Of a stretch of 64,000 nt of DNA, positions 37,026 to 48,797 are shown piece after piece. The DNA comes from an uncultured Hormoscilla sp. (GTDB taxonomy: Bacteria > Cyanobacteriota > Cyanobacteriia > Cyanobacteriales > Desertifilaceae): NCBI GenBank assembly GCA_963921275.4, contig OZ001293.3:1120001-1184000 (forward strand). Direction: 5' to 3'. The number at the start of each line of letters is the position of its first letter. The stretch's first letter is position 1. The notes beneath the pieces were generated by a model. The model was not told where the DNA came from. It saw only the letters and a program-made list of their open reading frames with translations, and did no database searches. The position numbers and the translations under genes were made by a program.

Positions 37026-38129
37026 TTAGAGTGTGGTAGCTGTACTTGGCGCAGTCCCCATTTTTTTCAGCCAGCGATAGTTAGCGACGATCGTTTCCCA
37101 AAAGGTATCGTAGACGTTGTATTTCACGCCATATTCCTCGCATACTTCTGCCAAAATAGGAGCAATCTTGGGATAATGTATATGACAGACATGGGGGAAC
37201 AAGTGATGAACTACCTGATAGTTTAGTCCCCCCAGATACCAGTTCAGTAGCCAATTATTAGGAGCAAAATCTACCGCTGTTTTTACTTGAAAAATTGCCC
37301 ATTCATCATCGATCGTGTTTGTTTCCACATCTGGTTGGATAAACTCTGCTGGTTCTAGCACGTGAGCCACCATAAACACCGTGCAAATCCACAATCCATA
37401 GGTCATGTAAGCGATCGTAAAACCAATGATTGCTTCTGTGGTACTATATCCTACTGCGATCGGGATGCCAACAAATAAGCCCAGCCAAATCAGCTTAAAT
37501 CCCAGCAATGCTATCATTTCTAATGGTTTTGGTTCAGGGATGGTATTGTCTTGGTATTTGCCCTTGAACAAAATCAAATCTACATCCGCCACCGACCAAT
37601 AGAACGGAATGAATGGATACACAAACCAAATAAATATATGTTGGAATTTGTGATACCATTTATGCTCCATACTGGGAGACATCCGCACTAACCCATTCCC
37701 ATGGATTTCCACATCATGACCCAAGATATTGGTATAGGTATGATGCAGAACGTTATGGCGAAATCGCCATAAATAACTTGACACTCCGATGAAGTCGTAA
37801 ATTGAACCAAGGATCCGATTTACACGATGGCTATTAGAATAACCACCGTGATTGGCATCATGTCCGATACTAAAGCCCACCCCAGCGATCGCGAATCCGA
37901 TGGTAACACAGCCCAGCACTTTCATCCAGTAAACTGATGGCCCAAAGACCGTAAATGTCCAGGCGGAAATCACCCAGCCTAAAATAATTACTGTTTTGAG
38001 ATACATCGCTGGGTTATCTCGCGGTTTCAGGTTGGACGATGCAAACATTGCTTCAACCCGTTGATTCAGTTCTTTCCTGAATCCCACGTTTTTGCCAAAC
38101 CTTACTCGCACTGGTATCACTGTTGTCAT
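37026..38129 (-). CDS. desD: Delta-6 type acyl-lipid desaturase
   Basis: HDANH, HNVLHH and QVVHH boxes (front-end desaturase Q box). Confidence 0.8.
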   Translation of the reverse strand: MTTVIPVRVRFGKNVGFRKELNQRVEAMFASSNLKPRDNPAMYLKTVIILGWVISAWTFTVFGPSVYWMKVLGCVTIGFAIAGVGFSIGHDANHGGYSNSHRVNRILGSIYDFIGVSSYLWRFRHNVLHHTYTNILGHDVEIHGNGLVRMSPSMEHKWYHKFQHIFIWFVYPFIPFYWSVADVDLILFKGKYQDNTIPEPKPLEMIALLGFKLIWLGLFVGIPIAVGYSTTEAIIGFTIAYMTYGLWICTVFMVAHVLEPAEFIQPDVETNTIDDEWAIFQVKTAVDFAPNNWLLNWYLGGLNYQVVHHLFPHVCHIHYPKIAPILAEVCEEYGVKYNVYDTFWETIVANYRWLKKMGTAPSTATTL

Positions 38130-38262
38130 CTAAACCTCCCTCTCGAAAATCCTTGCCTTGCCATTATACCCTGTTGAGGCAACCTCAACAATTTTCCTCA
38201 AAGACCGTCGCATTGCCCCTTAGTGGCCAAGACCGTAAAGTGGGCAGTGCCCACCCTATAAT

Positions 38263-39339
38263 TTAGTCACCCAGGCAAATACCCAAACCTCTAGCGGTTT
38301 TCACTAGAGTCCCGGAGGGGTTGACTTTCCGGTATTGAGCGATCGCCTCAGCAATGGGAACGCTAACCACTTGCCGATTTTGCCAAGTCACCATCCGATC
38401 GTACTTGTCTTCAGCGATCAAATCAACCGCTGCTACGCCAAAAGCTGAAGCAGTTAAGCGATCGAGAGGTGAAGGTATCCCCCCGCGCTGGGTATGTCCT
38501 AACACGATAACTCGGGTTTCGGCACCGCTACAGAGAGAAATTTTATCTGCCAAATATTGACCAATGCCACCTAAGCGACATTGACCTAACACGTTGGTAT
38601 TGGTAATGGGTTCGCCTTCTTGGGTACAAACTGCTTCTGAGACAATTACTAAACAGTAATTCTTGCCTTGGTCCTGACGTTGTGTAATTTTGCTACAGAT
38701 GCTTTCAATTGTGTAAGGAATTTCCGGAATCAGGATGGCGTCAGCACCCCCAGCAATTCCCGCACAGATGGCGATATGTCCGGCATCCCGTCCCATCACT
38801 TCCAGGATCATCACCCGATTATGACTAGCAGCTGTGAAATGCAGGCGGTCCAAGGCTTCGGTAGCAATATTGACAGCTGTGTCGAAACCGATGCAATGTT
38901 CGGTAATGCCGATGTCGTTATCGATGGTTTTGGGTATGCCTACCATGTTAATATTACCCTGCTGGGCCAGACGTAGGAGAATGGCCAGACTGCCATCGCC
39001 GCCAATGCCGATCAGGGCATCTAGCCCTAACTTGCGGTATCCGACGATAATTTCTGCCGATCGATCGATCGTCGTTCCATCTGGCATCGGGTATGCAAAG
39101 GGGTCGCCTTTATTGGTGGTTCCTAGCATTGTCCCCCCAATTGTCAACAAATTCTCCACATTGTGGATATCTAGGGCGATCGCCTGAGGGGGGTCTGCCA
39201 TCAAGCCGTTAGTGGCTTGACGAATTCCCACAACTGAGTAATCATAACCTGTAGCACGCAGTACAACGGCCCGAATGATGGCATTTAGGCCAGCACAGTC
39301 GCCGCCACTGGTGAGAATGCCAATATGTTTTTCTCCCAT
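38263..39339 (-). CDS. pfkA: 6-phosphofructokinase
   Basis: GILTSGGDCAGLN, GGDGS, PKTIDND and EVMGR motifs. Confidence 0.95.
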   Translation of the reverse strand: MGEKHIGILTSGGDCAGLNAIIRAVVLRATGYDYSVVGIRQATNGLMADPPQAIALDIHNVENLLTIGGTMLGTTNKGDPFAYPMPDGTTIDRSAEIIVGYRKLGLDALIGIGGDGSLAILLRLAQQGNINMVGIPKTIDNDIGITEHCIGFDTAVNIATEALDRLHFTAASHNRVMILEVMGRDAGHIAICAGIAGGADAILIPEIPYTIESICSKITQRQDQGKNYCLVIVSEAVCTQEGEPITNTNVLGQCRLGGIGQYLADKISLCSGAETRVIVLGHTQRGGIPSPLDRLTASAFGVAAVDLIAEDKYDRMVTWQNRQVVSVPIAEAIAQYRKVNPSGTLVKTARGLGICLGD

Positions 39340-39427
39340 AGTATGTCTCGCGAGCAAAGTCCAGAAGTAAATTACACTTAATTCAGGACTTGTCTAGAGT
39401 TATTACATTTTCATTTAATCTTCTCGG

Positions 39428-40369
39428 ATGCAAGATAGTTCTCAGTTAGTCGGCCCGGTGATTCCGGTAGCACCGGAGGGGTTCCGATCGGGCTTTATCG
39501 GCATTATTGGACGCCCGAATGTGGGCAAGTCTACGATCGTGAATCAGCTGGTGGGGCAAAAAATTGCCATCACTTCGCCAGTGGCACAGACGACGCGCAA
39601 CCGCTTGCGGGGCATCTTGACTACACCGGTAGCCCAGCTGATTTTTGTGGATACCCCAGGGATCCACAAACCCCATCATCAGTTGGGGAAGGTGCTGGTG
39701 CAAAATGCCAAAATGGCCATTAAATCAGTGGATATGCTGCTGTTTGTAGTAGATGCTTCGGTTCCGGCAGGTGGAGGCGATCGCTACATAGTGGATCTGC
39801 TAGCCCATACCCAGATACCCGTTATTTTAGGATTAAACAAATCCGATCTGCAACCTGTAGATTCGACTCAGTTGGATGCCAGTTACGCGCAGCTGAAATT
39901 AGCACGGAATTGGGAAATAGTCAAGTTTTCTGCAATAACTGGCTCGGGATTAGAACAGCTGCAAAGGTTATTAATTGAGCAGCTAGAACCCGGACCCTAC
40001 TATTATCCTCCCGATTTGGTCACGGATCAACCGGAACGTTTTATTATGGGAGAATTGATTCGAGAGCAAATTTTGCTCCTGACTCGGGAGGAAGTCCCCC
40101 ACTCGGTAGCTATTGAGATTTCAAGGGTAGAGGAAGCACCCAACATTACCCGGGTTTTTGCCGCCATTCACGTGGAACGGAATTCTCAAAAAGGGATTTT
40201 GATTGGCAAAAAGGGCACGATGCTGAAGGCGATCGGGACGGCGGCGCGGGAGCAAATACAGAAATTAATTGCGGATCAGGTATATCTAGAGTTATTTGTT
40301 AAAGTGCAACCCAAATGGCGATCCTGTCGCCTGCGCTTGGCCGAGTTGGGCTATAGAGTGGAGAATTGA
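39428..40369 (+). CDS. era: GTPase Era
   Basis: GRPNVGKST, QTTR, DTPG, NKSD and KH domain (SQKGILIGKKG). Confidence 0.96.
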   Translation: MQDSSQLVGPVIPVAPEGFRSGFIGIIGRPNVGKSTIVNQLVGQKIAITSPVAQTTRNRLRGILTTPVAQLIFVDTPGIHKPHHQLGKVLVQNAKMAIKSVDMLLFVVDASVPAGGGDRYIVDLLAHTQIPVILGLNKSDLQPVDSTQLDASYAQLKLARNWEIVKFSAITGSGLEQLQRLLIEQLEPGPYYYPPDLVTDQPERFIMGELIREQILLLTREEVPHSVAIEISRVEEAPNITRVFAAIHVERNSQKGILIGKKGTMLKAIGTAAREQIQKLIADQVYLELFVKVQPKWRSCRLRLAELGYRVEN

Positions 40370-40462
40370 AGATAGCGGAGAAATAGGTTAAGCTATAAAA
40401 TAGATAGCTGTACAGATAGTTGTGGAGACGATTGCGCTGCGCGCACGCTACGCGATCGGGGA

Positions 40463-41552
40463 ATGACCGAACTGCTTAGCCCTTTTGACTTGCGAGGTTT
40501 ACCCTCAAAAACAGAGTAGTAATGGCTCCCATGACTCGGGACCGCGCGGGAGTCGATCGCATGCCCAACGCCTTGATGGCCGAGTATTACGCTCAACGAT
40601 CTGGCGCAGGTTTGATTATTACTGAGGCGACGGTGATTTCCCGCAAGCAAATGGATGGCAAAATACGCCGGGTATTTACTCGGAGGAACAAGGGGAAGCC
40701 TGGAAGCAGGTTGTAGATGCAGTTCATGCCCAAGGAACGCCCATTTTCTTGCAACTTTGGCATTGTGGGCGAGCTTCTCACAGTAGTTTTCATCGAAATG
40801 GCGAACTACCAGTTGCTCCTTCGGCAATTAAGCTGAATGGAGAATACATTCATACGCCCATTGGTAAGCAACCCTTTGAAACACCTCGTGCTTTAGAAAC
40901 GGCAGAGATTGGGCAGATTGTGGAGGATTATCGTCAGGCGGCCGAAATGGCTGGTTTTGATGGGGTAGAGATTCACGCGGCCAATGGCTATTTGATTGAC
41001 CAGTTTCTACAGTCGAAAACTAACCACCGGACGGATAAATATGGTGGCAGCATTGAAAACAGATACCGTTTTCTGAAAGAAGTTGTGGAAGCGGTCCTCA
41101 CAGTATGGCCTGCTAATCGGGTAGGGGTTCGGCTTGCTCCCAACGGGAATTATAATGACATGGGTTCGCCAGACTTTCGGGAAACTTTTATATACGTAGC
41201 CAAGCAATTGAACGCTTACTCCTTGGCTTACCTCCACGCGGTCGATGGTCTGGCGTTTGGCTTTCACGAATTGGGAGAACCGATGAGTTTGGCGGAATTT
41301 CGATCGGTGTGGGCAGGTCCGCTTATGGGAAACTGCGGATACGAGCAGTCAACTGCTGAAACGGCCATTCAAGAGGGAAATGCTGACTTAATTGCTTTTG
41401 GACGCCCATTTATTAGTAATCCGGATTTGGTCGAGCGTTTTGCCAATGGCTGGCCCCTGAATCCACCAGCAGATATGAAGATTTGGTTTTCCTTTGAGAA
41501 AGAAGGCTATACGGATTTTCCCACTTACGAAGAATCTCAATCAGCAGTATAA
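40463..41552 (+). pseudogene. Old yellow enzyme (alkene reductase, NemA-like), frameshifted
   Basis: MAPMTR, YYAQR, QLWHCGR and EIHAANGYLIDQFL in different frames. Confidence 0.85.
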
Positions 41553-41919
41553 TTGGGAAAGCAGAATGATCGATCTGATTCGTAGGGCGGGCGGATCGCC
41601 TGCCCGGGTTCTGCGTAGGGCGGGCGGATCGCCTGCCCGTAAGTTGTCAGCCCCGTCCCCGTCCATAGGTATTCTGTATTGAAGGAAAAATACTGAGAAA
41701 CTGCTCTGGACAGGCTCCCGATCCGATCGCCTAGGGAGTAGGTCAAGAAACTGCGTCGGGCAAGGCAATTGAGGAGTTGGTATAGTTATGCTAGCAAAAC
41801 TGCGTCCGCGCTGGGTATCGAGACAGTATGCCAACGACCATTAGCATACTCGATTTGAAACTTCTGGGTAAAGACTAAAGTCTTTACTACGAACAGGACG
41901 TTAAACAGAGAGGATTGAA

Positions 41920-43425
41920 GTGATGCAAATTCCCATGACTGATAAAAAAATTAAATCGCCAGCTCCCTGGATACTGGGGCTAGTTGCAGCTAGCTTGGTG
42001 GGAACCACAGGTGTCGCGTATGTGATAACGCAAACAGCTATACCCAGCGCTACGGAAGTCATGGAACTGACTGTGCCCGTAGAAAGTAAAAACATGACGG
42101 TGCGCATTACTGCTAGTGGCGTGGTTCAACCTGTCAAACGAGTTAATCTCAGTCCCAAGGTCTCCGGACGTTTAGCTGAATTATATGTCGAACAGGGCGA
42201 TCGGGTGGAGGCAGGACAAGTAATTGCCAGCATGGAAAGTCGAGAAATTGATGCTCAGTTGATGCAAGCGAAGGCCCGTCTGGCCCGCGCCCAAGCCGAA
42301 AGAGATAAGTTGATCGCGGGAAGTCGCCCAGAAGATATCGCCGCAGCGCAAGCGCGGGTAGACCGCGCTCGGGCAATTTTAGCCGAACTGCGGGCTGGTA
42401 GTCGTAGGGAAGACATTGCCGAGGCCCGAGCTACTGTTGCTAGATCCGAGGCCCTGGTAACAGAGGCGCGATCGCGATTAGAGTTAGCTTCCCAGAGAGT
42501 CAGGCGCAACCAGTATCTGGCCGATGAGGGAGCAATTTCCCGGGATGATTTGGATCTGATCGTAGATGAAGAGCGTCGGGCCAAAGCGACGTTTCAACAA
42601 ATGCAAGCAGGGGTTGCGGAAGCGAAACGACGCCTAGAAAGGCTGGAAAATGGCAATCGTCCAGAAGATATTGCCGAAGCGGAAGCTTCTTTAGCAGAAG
42701 CACAAAGTCAATTAGCTGAATTGGTGAATGGTTCTCGTCCGGAGGACATCGCTAAGGCCGAAGCAGATGTGGCCGAAGCTGAGGCAAATGTCCGTTACTA
42801 TCAAGTGCAATTGGAAGATACGCAAGTGCACGCTCCTTTCTCTGGTTTAATCGTGCAGAAATATGCCGATCCGGGAGCTTTCGTGACCCCAGCAACTTCG
42901 GCGTCCGATGCCAGTTCAGCTACTTCTACTTCTGTTGTCGCCTTGGCAAAGGGTTTGGAAGTTTTAGCGAAAGTGCCAGAGGCAGATATCAGTCAAATTC
43001 AACCCAATCAGACAGTGGAAATTGTCGCCGATGCCTATCCAGACCAGGTTTTTCAAGGTCAGGTGAAGTTGATCGCCCCCGAAGCAATTAAGGAACGGGA
43101 CGTGACTTTATTTCAGGTGCGGGTGGCGATCGCGACGGGTGCAGATAAGCTACAATCGGGAATGAATGCGGATCTGAACTTTCTGGGGGACGAGTTGCAG
43201 GATGCTTTAGTTGTGCCGACTGTAGCGATTATCACGAACAAAGGGGAGACGGGGGTTTTGATTCCCAATCGGAGAAATAAACCTACTTTCCAACCGGTGA
43301 CGATCAGCTCTACCTTTGGCAATCAAATTCAGATTCTCGATGGCATAGAAGAGGGCGATCGGGTATTTGTGAAACTCCCGGAAGGACAAAAATTAGAAGA
43401 TATCATCAAAAAGGAAATTAAATAA
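41920..43425 (+). CDS. Periplasmic adaptor (HlyD/MacA-like membrane fusion protein)
   Basis: N-terminal TM, lipoyl halves (SPKVSGRL..GDRV, APFSG) and a long coiled coil. Confidence 0.9.
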   Translation: MMQIPMTDKKIKSPAPWILGLVAASLVGTTGVAYVITQTAIPSATEVMELTVPVESKNMTVRITASGVVQPVKRVNLSPKVSGRLAELYVEQGDRVEAGQVIASMESREIDAQLMQAKARLARAQAERDKLIAGSRPEDIAAAQARVDRARAILAELRAGSRREDIAEARATVARSEALVTEARSRLELASQRVRRNQYLADEGAISRDDLDLIVDEERRAKATFQQMQAGVAEAKRRLERLENGNRPEDIAEAEASLAEAQSQLAELVNGSRPEDIAKAEADVAEAEANVRYYQVQLEDTQVHAPFSGLIVQKYADPGAFVTPATSASDASSATSTSVVALAKGLEVLAKVPEADISQIQPNQTVEIVADAYPDQVFQGQVKLIAPEAIKERDVTLFQVRVAIATGADKLQSGMNADLNFLGDELQDALVVPTVAIITNKGETGVLIPNRRNKPTFQPVTISSTFGNQIQILDGIEEGDRVFVKLPEGQKLEDIIKKEIK

Positions 43426-43493
43426 GACAGTTTCGTAGGGCGGGCGTCTCACCTGCCCGGGTTAGACTCATAACAATTTAAAATTCACAAATT

Positions 43494-44711
43494 ATGGACA
43501 TTGTAGAAAATCTGAAGATGGCGGGGACGACGCTGCTGGCAAATAAGATGCGCAGTACCTTGACGATGTTGGGAATTATCATTGGGAATGCTTCCGTGAT
43601 CGCAATGGTTGGCATCGGCGAAGGGGCCCAGAAGTTTGTGGAAGGTCAGGTAAATTCCCTGGGACCAAATGTGCTGTTTGTTTTGCCAGGGAGTCCCGAA
43701 GCGCAAAGGCGACCCGTTTATCCGCCTCAGACTTTGGTGTTAGCAGATGCAGAGGCGATCACCACGCAAGTCCCGTCTGTGGAAGCAGTAGCACCGATGC
43801 TAACTGGCAGCGAATTGATTAGTTACCGGAATAAAAATGTTTCCACTTCGATCACGGGAACGACGCCAGATATCCTGACAGTACGCAGTTTGGATGTTGC
43901 CAGAGGTCGGTTTTTAACCGAGTTAGATTTGCAGCGGCATGAAACTGTAGTTGCCCTGGGTTCGGAACTTGCCAAACAATTGTTTGGGGATGAAGATCCC
44001 TTGGGTAAATCTCTGCGACTAAAAAATGTGAGTCTGCGGGTGATTGGAGTGATGCAACCAAAAGGTTCGACCTTTGGCGATAATATGGATATGAACGCCT
44101 ACGTTCCCGTGACTATGATGGCGAACAGGATTACGGGACGGACTTCTCCCTATGGCATTCAAGTTACCTTTATTTCTGTCTCCGCTAAGGATGAAAATAG
44201 CATGAGTGCGGCCCAGTTTCAAATTGAAAATCTGTTAAGACTGCGGCATAAAATTACTGACGAGGATGATTTTACTGTCCGCAACCAGAAGGATTTAATG
44301 CAGATTATGGGCCAGATTACCGGGGCCCTGACCATGATGTTGGCGGGGATCGCGGCTATTTCGCTAGTAGTCGGCGGCATTGGCATTATGAATATTATGC
44401 TGGTTTCCGTGACGGAACGCACTCAGGAAATAGGACTGCGCAAGGCGATCGGGGCTTCAGAACGAGATATCTTGATTCAGTTTACGATCGAGTCAGTAAT
44501 TCTTTCCGCAGCAGGGGGATTAATAGGGACGGCGATCGGGATGAGTGGCGTTATTATGGTGGCCGCCTTTAGTCCTCTAGAATCAGGTGTTTCCCTGGGG
44601 GCGATCGCAGTTGCTATGGGAGTTTCTGGCACTATCGGTCTATTTTTCGGCGTCTTTCCCGCCCGACAAGCTGCTAAACTAGACCCGATCGTTGCCCTCC
44701 GCAGCGCCTAA
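43494..44711 (+). CDS. MacB/FtsX-type ABC permease
   Basis: RSTLTMLGIIIG, GIMNIMLVSVTERTQEIGLRKAIGA and PARQAAKLDPIVALR. Confidence 0.93.
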   Translation: MDIVENLKMAGTTLLANKMRSTLTMLGIIIGNASVIAMVGIGEGAQKFVEGQVNSLGPNVLFVLPGSPEAQRRPVYPPQTLVLADAEAITTQVPSVEAVAPMLTGSELISYRNKNVSTSITGTTPDILTVRSLDVARGRFLTELDLQRHETVVALGSELAKQLFGDEDPLGKSLRLKNVSLRVIGVMQPKGSTFGDNMDMNAYVPVTMMANRITGRTSPYGIQVTFISVSAKDENSMSAAQFQIENLLRLRHKITDEDDFTVRNQKDLMQIMGQITGALTMMLAGIAAISLVVGGIGIMNIMLVSVTERTQEIGLRKAIGASERDILIQFTIESVILSAAGGLIGTAIGMSGVIMVAAFSPLESGVSLGAIAVAMGVSGTIGLFFGVFPARQAAKLDPIVALRSA

Positions 44712-44739
44712 CCGATTAATTAAATCTTGGGAGAGAAGC

Positions 44740-45510
44740 ATGGAAAAAATATCAGCGATCGAAAATCAAGAATCAGTACAACGTCAGGATAAATCCTCGA
44801 AGCCAATCATCATTAGCCTAGAGAATATTTATAAAGTATACAATATGGGAGATGTGGAAGTCAAGGCGCTACAAGATGTTAGTTTCACAGTAGAGAAAGG
44901 GGAATCTTGCTCGATTATGGGCCCTTCAGGATCGGGGAAGTCTACGGCGATGAATGTTATCGGTTGTCTGGACAGACCGACTGCGGGTCGCTATGATTTG
45001 GATGGGGTAGATGTGGCCCGAATGCCATCTAACGAACTTGCCCATATTCGCAACCAAAAGCTGGGGTTTGTGTTCCAGCAATTTCATCTGTTACCCCAGC
45101 TAACTGCTTGGGAAAATGTGATGCTACCAATGGTTTATGGGGGCGTTCGGCCAGCAGAAAGACGCGATCGGGCGGCAGCTGCTTTGGGAAAAGTTGGTTT
45201 GCACGATCGCATGCAGAATAAACCCAATCAACTGTCGGGGGGACAACAGCAACGGGTGGCGATCGCCCGGGCGATCGTGAACCGTCCCGTATTGCTGCTA
45301 GCGGACGAACCGACGGGGGCGTTGGACACGAAAACCACGCAAGAAGTGTTAGATATTTTTACAGAATTGAATGCTAGTGGGATGACAGTAGTGATGGTGA
45401 CTCACGAACCAGAGGTAGCGAGTCAAACCCAGCGCATTGTGTGGTTTCGGGATGGTAAAGTTTTGCACTCCTATCTGAGGCCAGAGGATTTGCATCAGGC
45501 GGTATTTTGA
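44740..45510 (+). CDS. ABC transporter ATP-binding protein (LolD/MacB-like)
   Basis: [16 protein letters not shown] and [12 protein letters not shown]. Confidence 0.94.
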   Translation: MEKISAIENQESVQRQDKSSKPIIISLENIYKVYNMGDVEVKALQDVSFTVEKGESCSIMGPSGSGKSTAMNVIGCLDRPTAGRYDLDGVDVARMPSNELAHIRNQKLGFVFQQFHLLPQLTAWENVMLPMVYGGVRPAERRDRAAAALGKVGLHDRMQNKPNQLSGGQQQRVAIARAIVNRPVLLLADEPTGALDTKTTQEVLDIFTELNASGMTVVMVTHEPEVASQTQRIVWFRDGKVLHSYLRPEDLHQAVF

Positions 45511-45773
45511 CCCATGTGCAGGACAAAAATTGTATCGTCTCAAAAAATGCCTCAAACCCTTGCGGGACAAGCATTTGAGAACAAAGATGCTAAGTAGTTC
45601 GTAGTTCGTAGGCAAGTAGTTCGTAGTTATTCTCAGATTCTCTGATACTCGGTAACAGAAGAGTTCAGGATGTATTGGTGTGCTACATGATATGCAATTT
45701 AAATACGCGACAGCTTATAACACTCTCAGCATAAGGGTTTCAGGCTTTTTGTCCTGTACTGAGATCCCAGCTA

Positions 45774-48700
45774 CTATATTCTAAATGGAAACTGCTCGAT
45801 CTGCTCGACGTACAGTCGAAGCAATTTATCGTCAGGGGGCGGACAAGTGATGTCAGAATTAGCAAGTCCTTTCAGCACATTTTCGTAGTTCAAGCGTTGA
45901 GTGAAGGAAGATGCCTCTAAATAGGTTAGCTGGGTTTTGGAGATTTTTGCGGTTAAAAACGGCAAAATAGGACTTAAAACATTTTCTGGGGAACTCAAGA
46001 TAACATCCCCCATCTTTGATTCCCACTCGGGATAGTCAATTTGCTCGATGGGGTAGCCCAGAGAACGAACAAGCTTTACTAGCTCCCCAATATGCAAACA
46101 CTTCTCATTGACTAAGTGGAAGTTTTTTCCTAGAGATTCTTTCTGTCTCGATATATAAACAATGGCTTGACTTACATAGTCCACTGGTGTTAAGTCGAAC
46201 TCAATATTCATGTCGGGAGCACAACCTTGCTCGATAAAACTCTTAAGCAGGCGACCCAGGGTTTGATCTGCATTATACGCACCTGTTTTACTGTGGCCAG
46301 TAATCGTCCCCGGTCTGTATATACTAACCGGAATTCCTCGCGAACTTGCCGTTTTTAAAAATTTTTCCGCTACCCATTTACTTTGAGCATAGCCCCCATA
46401 GACAAGTTCGCAATCCTCAAGAGGGTCTTCTTCTCGAATCGACGGCTTGTTGAAATACCCCGTCGATTTAAAAACTGCCGGTGAAGAGATAAAATGAACG
46501 GGCTTGAGTTTGATTTGACTGGCTAATCTCAAGATTTCCTGAGTTCCCCCCACGTTGGCCGCTCGCATAGCCCTGTAGGGATATGCTAAATTTAAGAAAG
46601 TAGCAGCGTGATAGATAATATCGATTTCCCGTCCGACGCGCTCGAACTGTTGGGAGTGCAGTCCTAACAGTGGCTGGGACAAATCCCCGATTACCGGAAT
46701 AATTCGGGAGTTGAAATTTTCATATTCCAATATATAGCGATCGAGGTTGTTGGCAATTTTCTGCTTGCCTTCAGCAGGAGTCTTACAGCCGCGAACCAGG
46801 CAATAAATCTTGGCTGGGGTTTCTCTGAGAAGTTCGTCGAGTAAAAAAGCGCCGAGAAATCCCGTCGCTCCAGTCAAGAAAATAGCATTGGGTTCGGCTA
46901 AAGGCTCAACAGAAGAAAAGAGCGGCTCGATCGTAGGATCGAGAACTGCTTCTGAGAGCAACTCTTCCACAGTCATGCCTTCAATCCCTGTAGCCTCTTC
47001 TGAGTCGCCGAATGTCTCGATCGCTCGGGCCATATTAGCCACTGTTGGTACTTCTAACAAGCTGTGTAGGGGTAAATCAACTCCAAAAGCCTGTCTTACT
47101 TGGAAAAGCAGCCTAATTGCTAGGAGAGAATTTCCTCCTAATTCAAAGAAGTTGTCATTGGTACCAATTGGATTGATGTGTAAAACCTGACTCCAGAGTT
47201 GGGCTAGTTTGATTTCGACTGAGGTACGGGGTGCAATAAATTCTTGTTCTAGAATAGGTCGATCTGGATTTGGTGCTCTTAGCGATCGCCGGTCTAACTT
47301 CCCATTAGGTGTTAGGGGCAACTCGTCCAAAAAAACAAAAGCAGAAGGAAGCATATACTCTGGCAACTTTGCTTGGATAAGTCCGCGCAATTCTGGCACA
47401 ATTGCTGTCCGAGACTCTTCCCAAAGAGTGCTGACAATATAGGCGACTAAGCGTTTGTCACCCGGATTATCTTCCCTGGCAATAACTGCTGCTTGTTTCA
47501 CCGCAGGGTGTTGAGCGATCGCTCCATCAATTTCCCCTAGTTCGATGCGGAAACCGCGAATTTTGACCTGACCATCTCCTCGACCTAGCAACTCAATATT
47601 CCCATCGGCAAGATAGCTCGCTAAATCTCCAGTTTTATAGAGACGACTGAATTTTGAATTCTCAAAGGGGTTTGTTACGAACTTTTCTGCTGTTAATTGC
47701 GGACGGTTGAGATACCCCCTGACCAAATATTCTCCCCCAACGCATAGTTCTCCCGTTTCTCCTCTGGAAACGGGTTGCATTTGCTGGTCTAAAATATAAA
47801 TTTCCAGCTTGTCAATCGGGCAACTTACAGAAAAGTTGCGCGGTTCTGGTTCTGGGTTACACTGCCAGGAGCTAACGACAATGGTTTCAGTAGAGCCGTA
47901 TATCTCAATGGCTTCGCAATTGGGAAGGCGCTCCCAAAAACATTGTTTGAGAGCAAAAGGAAATGCTTCCCCACCCACAAAAACTCGTCTGAGATTCCTG
48001 CAAGTCTTCAACTCAGGCTCTTCTAGAAAAATCGAAAGCATAGAGGAGACAAAATAAGCAATGGTAATTTGCTCTTCGGAAATTAGTCGAACGATGTAAG
48101 CACTATCTTTTTCACCGTCGGGTTTGGCTAAAATGACGCAAGCTCCAGCCATTAGAGGCCAAAATAACTCCCACCGACTGGAAACGTCAAAGCTGAGAGA
48201 GGCTTTGTGCAAAATGCGATCGTCCGCAACAAAGGGAAAAGTTTCTTGAAGCCAGCGCCAGCTTTGACAAACCGCTCTCTGGGGCATCATTGCACCTTTT
48301 GGCTTTCCGGTCGAACCCGAAGTATAGGTAATGTAAGCTAAGTTTTCCGATCCAACGGCACTAACAGGGTTGGTTTTGCTTTCTACAGCTATTTTCTCCC
48401 AATCTGTATCCAAGCAAACCAGATGTCCTCGATATTCTGGAATTCCGCTTACTAATTTCTGTTGAGTCAACAGCACTGGCACCTGGGTATCATAGAGCAT
48501 GAACTCCAAACGCTCTTGAGGATAGGATGGGTCTAAGGGCACGTAAGCCCCCCCTGCTTTGAGAATCCCCAAAAGTCCGATCGCTGTATCGAGAGAACGC
48601 TCCACACAAATACCAACTATGGTTTCTGGTTTTACACCTAAGGAGCGCAAATAGCTGGCTAGCTGGTTCGCTTTGGCATTCAGTTCTCCGTAGGTTAACT

Positions 48701-48779
48701 GCTGGTTTTCAAACACAACCGCAATAGTATCGGGATTTTGTTCTACCCGATCTTCAAATAACTGAACTATTGTATCCAT
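45774..48779 (-). CDS. Single-module NRPS-like enzyme: adenylation - carrier - thioester reductase
   Basis: YTSGSTGKPKG, YKTGDL, NGKLDR, FFELGGNS and TGATGFLG...GYAQSKWVAE. Confidence 0.93.
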   Translation of the reverse strand: MDTIVQLFEDRVEQNPDTIAVVFENQQLTYGELNAKANQLASYLRSLGVKPETIVGICVERSLDTAIGLLGILKAGGAYVPLDPSYPQERLEFMLYDTQVPVLLTQQKLVSGIPEYRGHLVCLDTDWEKIAVESKTNPVSAVGSENLAYITYTSGSTGKPKGAMMPQRAVCQSWRWLQETFPFVADDRILHKASLSFDVSSRWELFWPLMAGACVILAKPDGEKDSAYIVRLISEEQITIAYFVSSMLSIFLEEPELKTCRNLRRVFVGGEAFPFALKQCFWERLPNCEAIEIYGSTETIVVSSWQCNPEPEPRNFSVSCPIDKLEIYILDQQMQPVSRGETGELCVGGEYLVRGYLNRPQLTAEKFVTNPFENSKFSRLYKTGDLASYLADGNIELLGRGDGQVKIRGFRIELGEIDGAIAQHPAVKQAAVIAREDNPGDKRLVAYIVSTLWEESRTAIVPELRGLIQAKLPEYMLPSAFVFLDELPLTPNGKLDRRSLRAPNPDRPILEQEFIAPRTSVEIKLAQLWSQVLHINPIGTNDNFFELGGNSLLAIRLLFQVRQAFGVDLPLHSLLEVPTVANMARAIETFGDSEEATGIEGMTVEELLSEAVLDPTIEPLFSSVEPLAEPNAIFLTGATGFLGAFLLDELLRETPAKIYCLVRGCKTPAEGKQKIANNLDRYILEYENFNSRIIPVIGDLSQPLLGLHSQQFERVGREIDIIYHAATFLNLAYPYRAMRAANVGGTQEILRLASQIKLKPVHFISSPAVFKSTGYFNKPSIREEDPLEDCELVYGGYAQSKWVAEKFLKTASSRGIPVSIYRPGTITGHSKTGAYNADQTLGRLLKSFIEQGCAPDMNIEFDLTPVDYVSQAIVYISRQKESLGKNFHLVNEKCLHIGELVKLVRSLGYPIEQIDYPEWESKMGDVILSSPENVLSPILPFLTAKISKTQLTYLEASSFTQRLNYENVLKGLANSDITCPPPDDKLLRLYVEQIEQFPFRI

Positions 48780-48797
48780 ATGCTTTTCCCATGCACT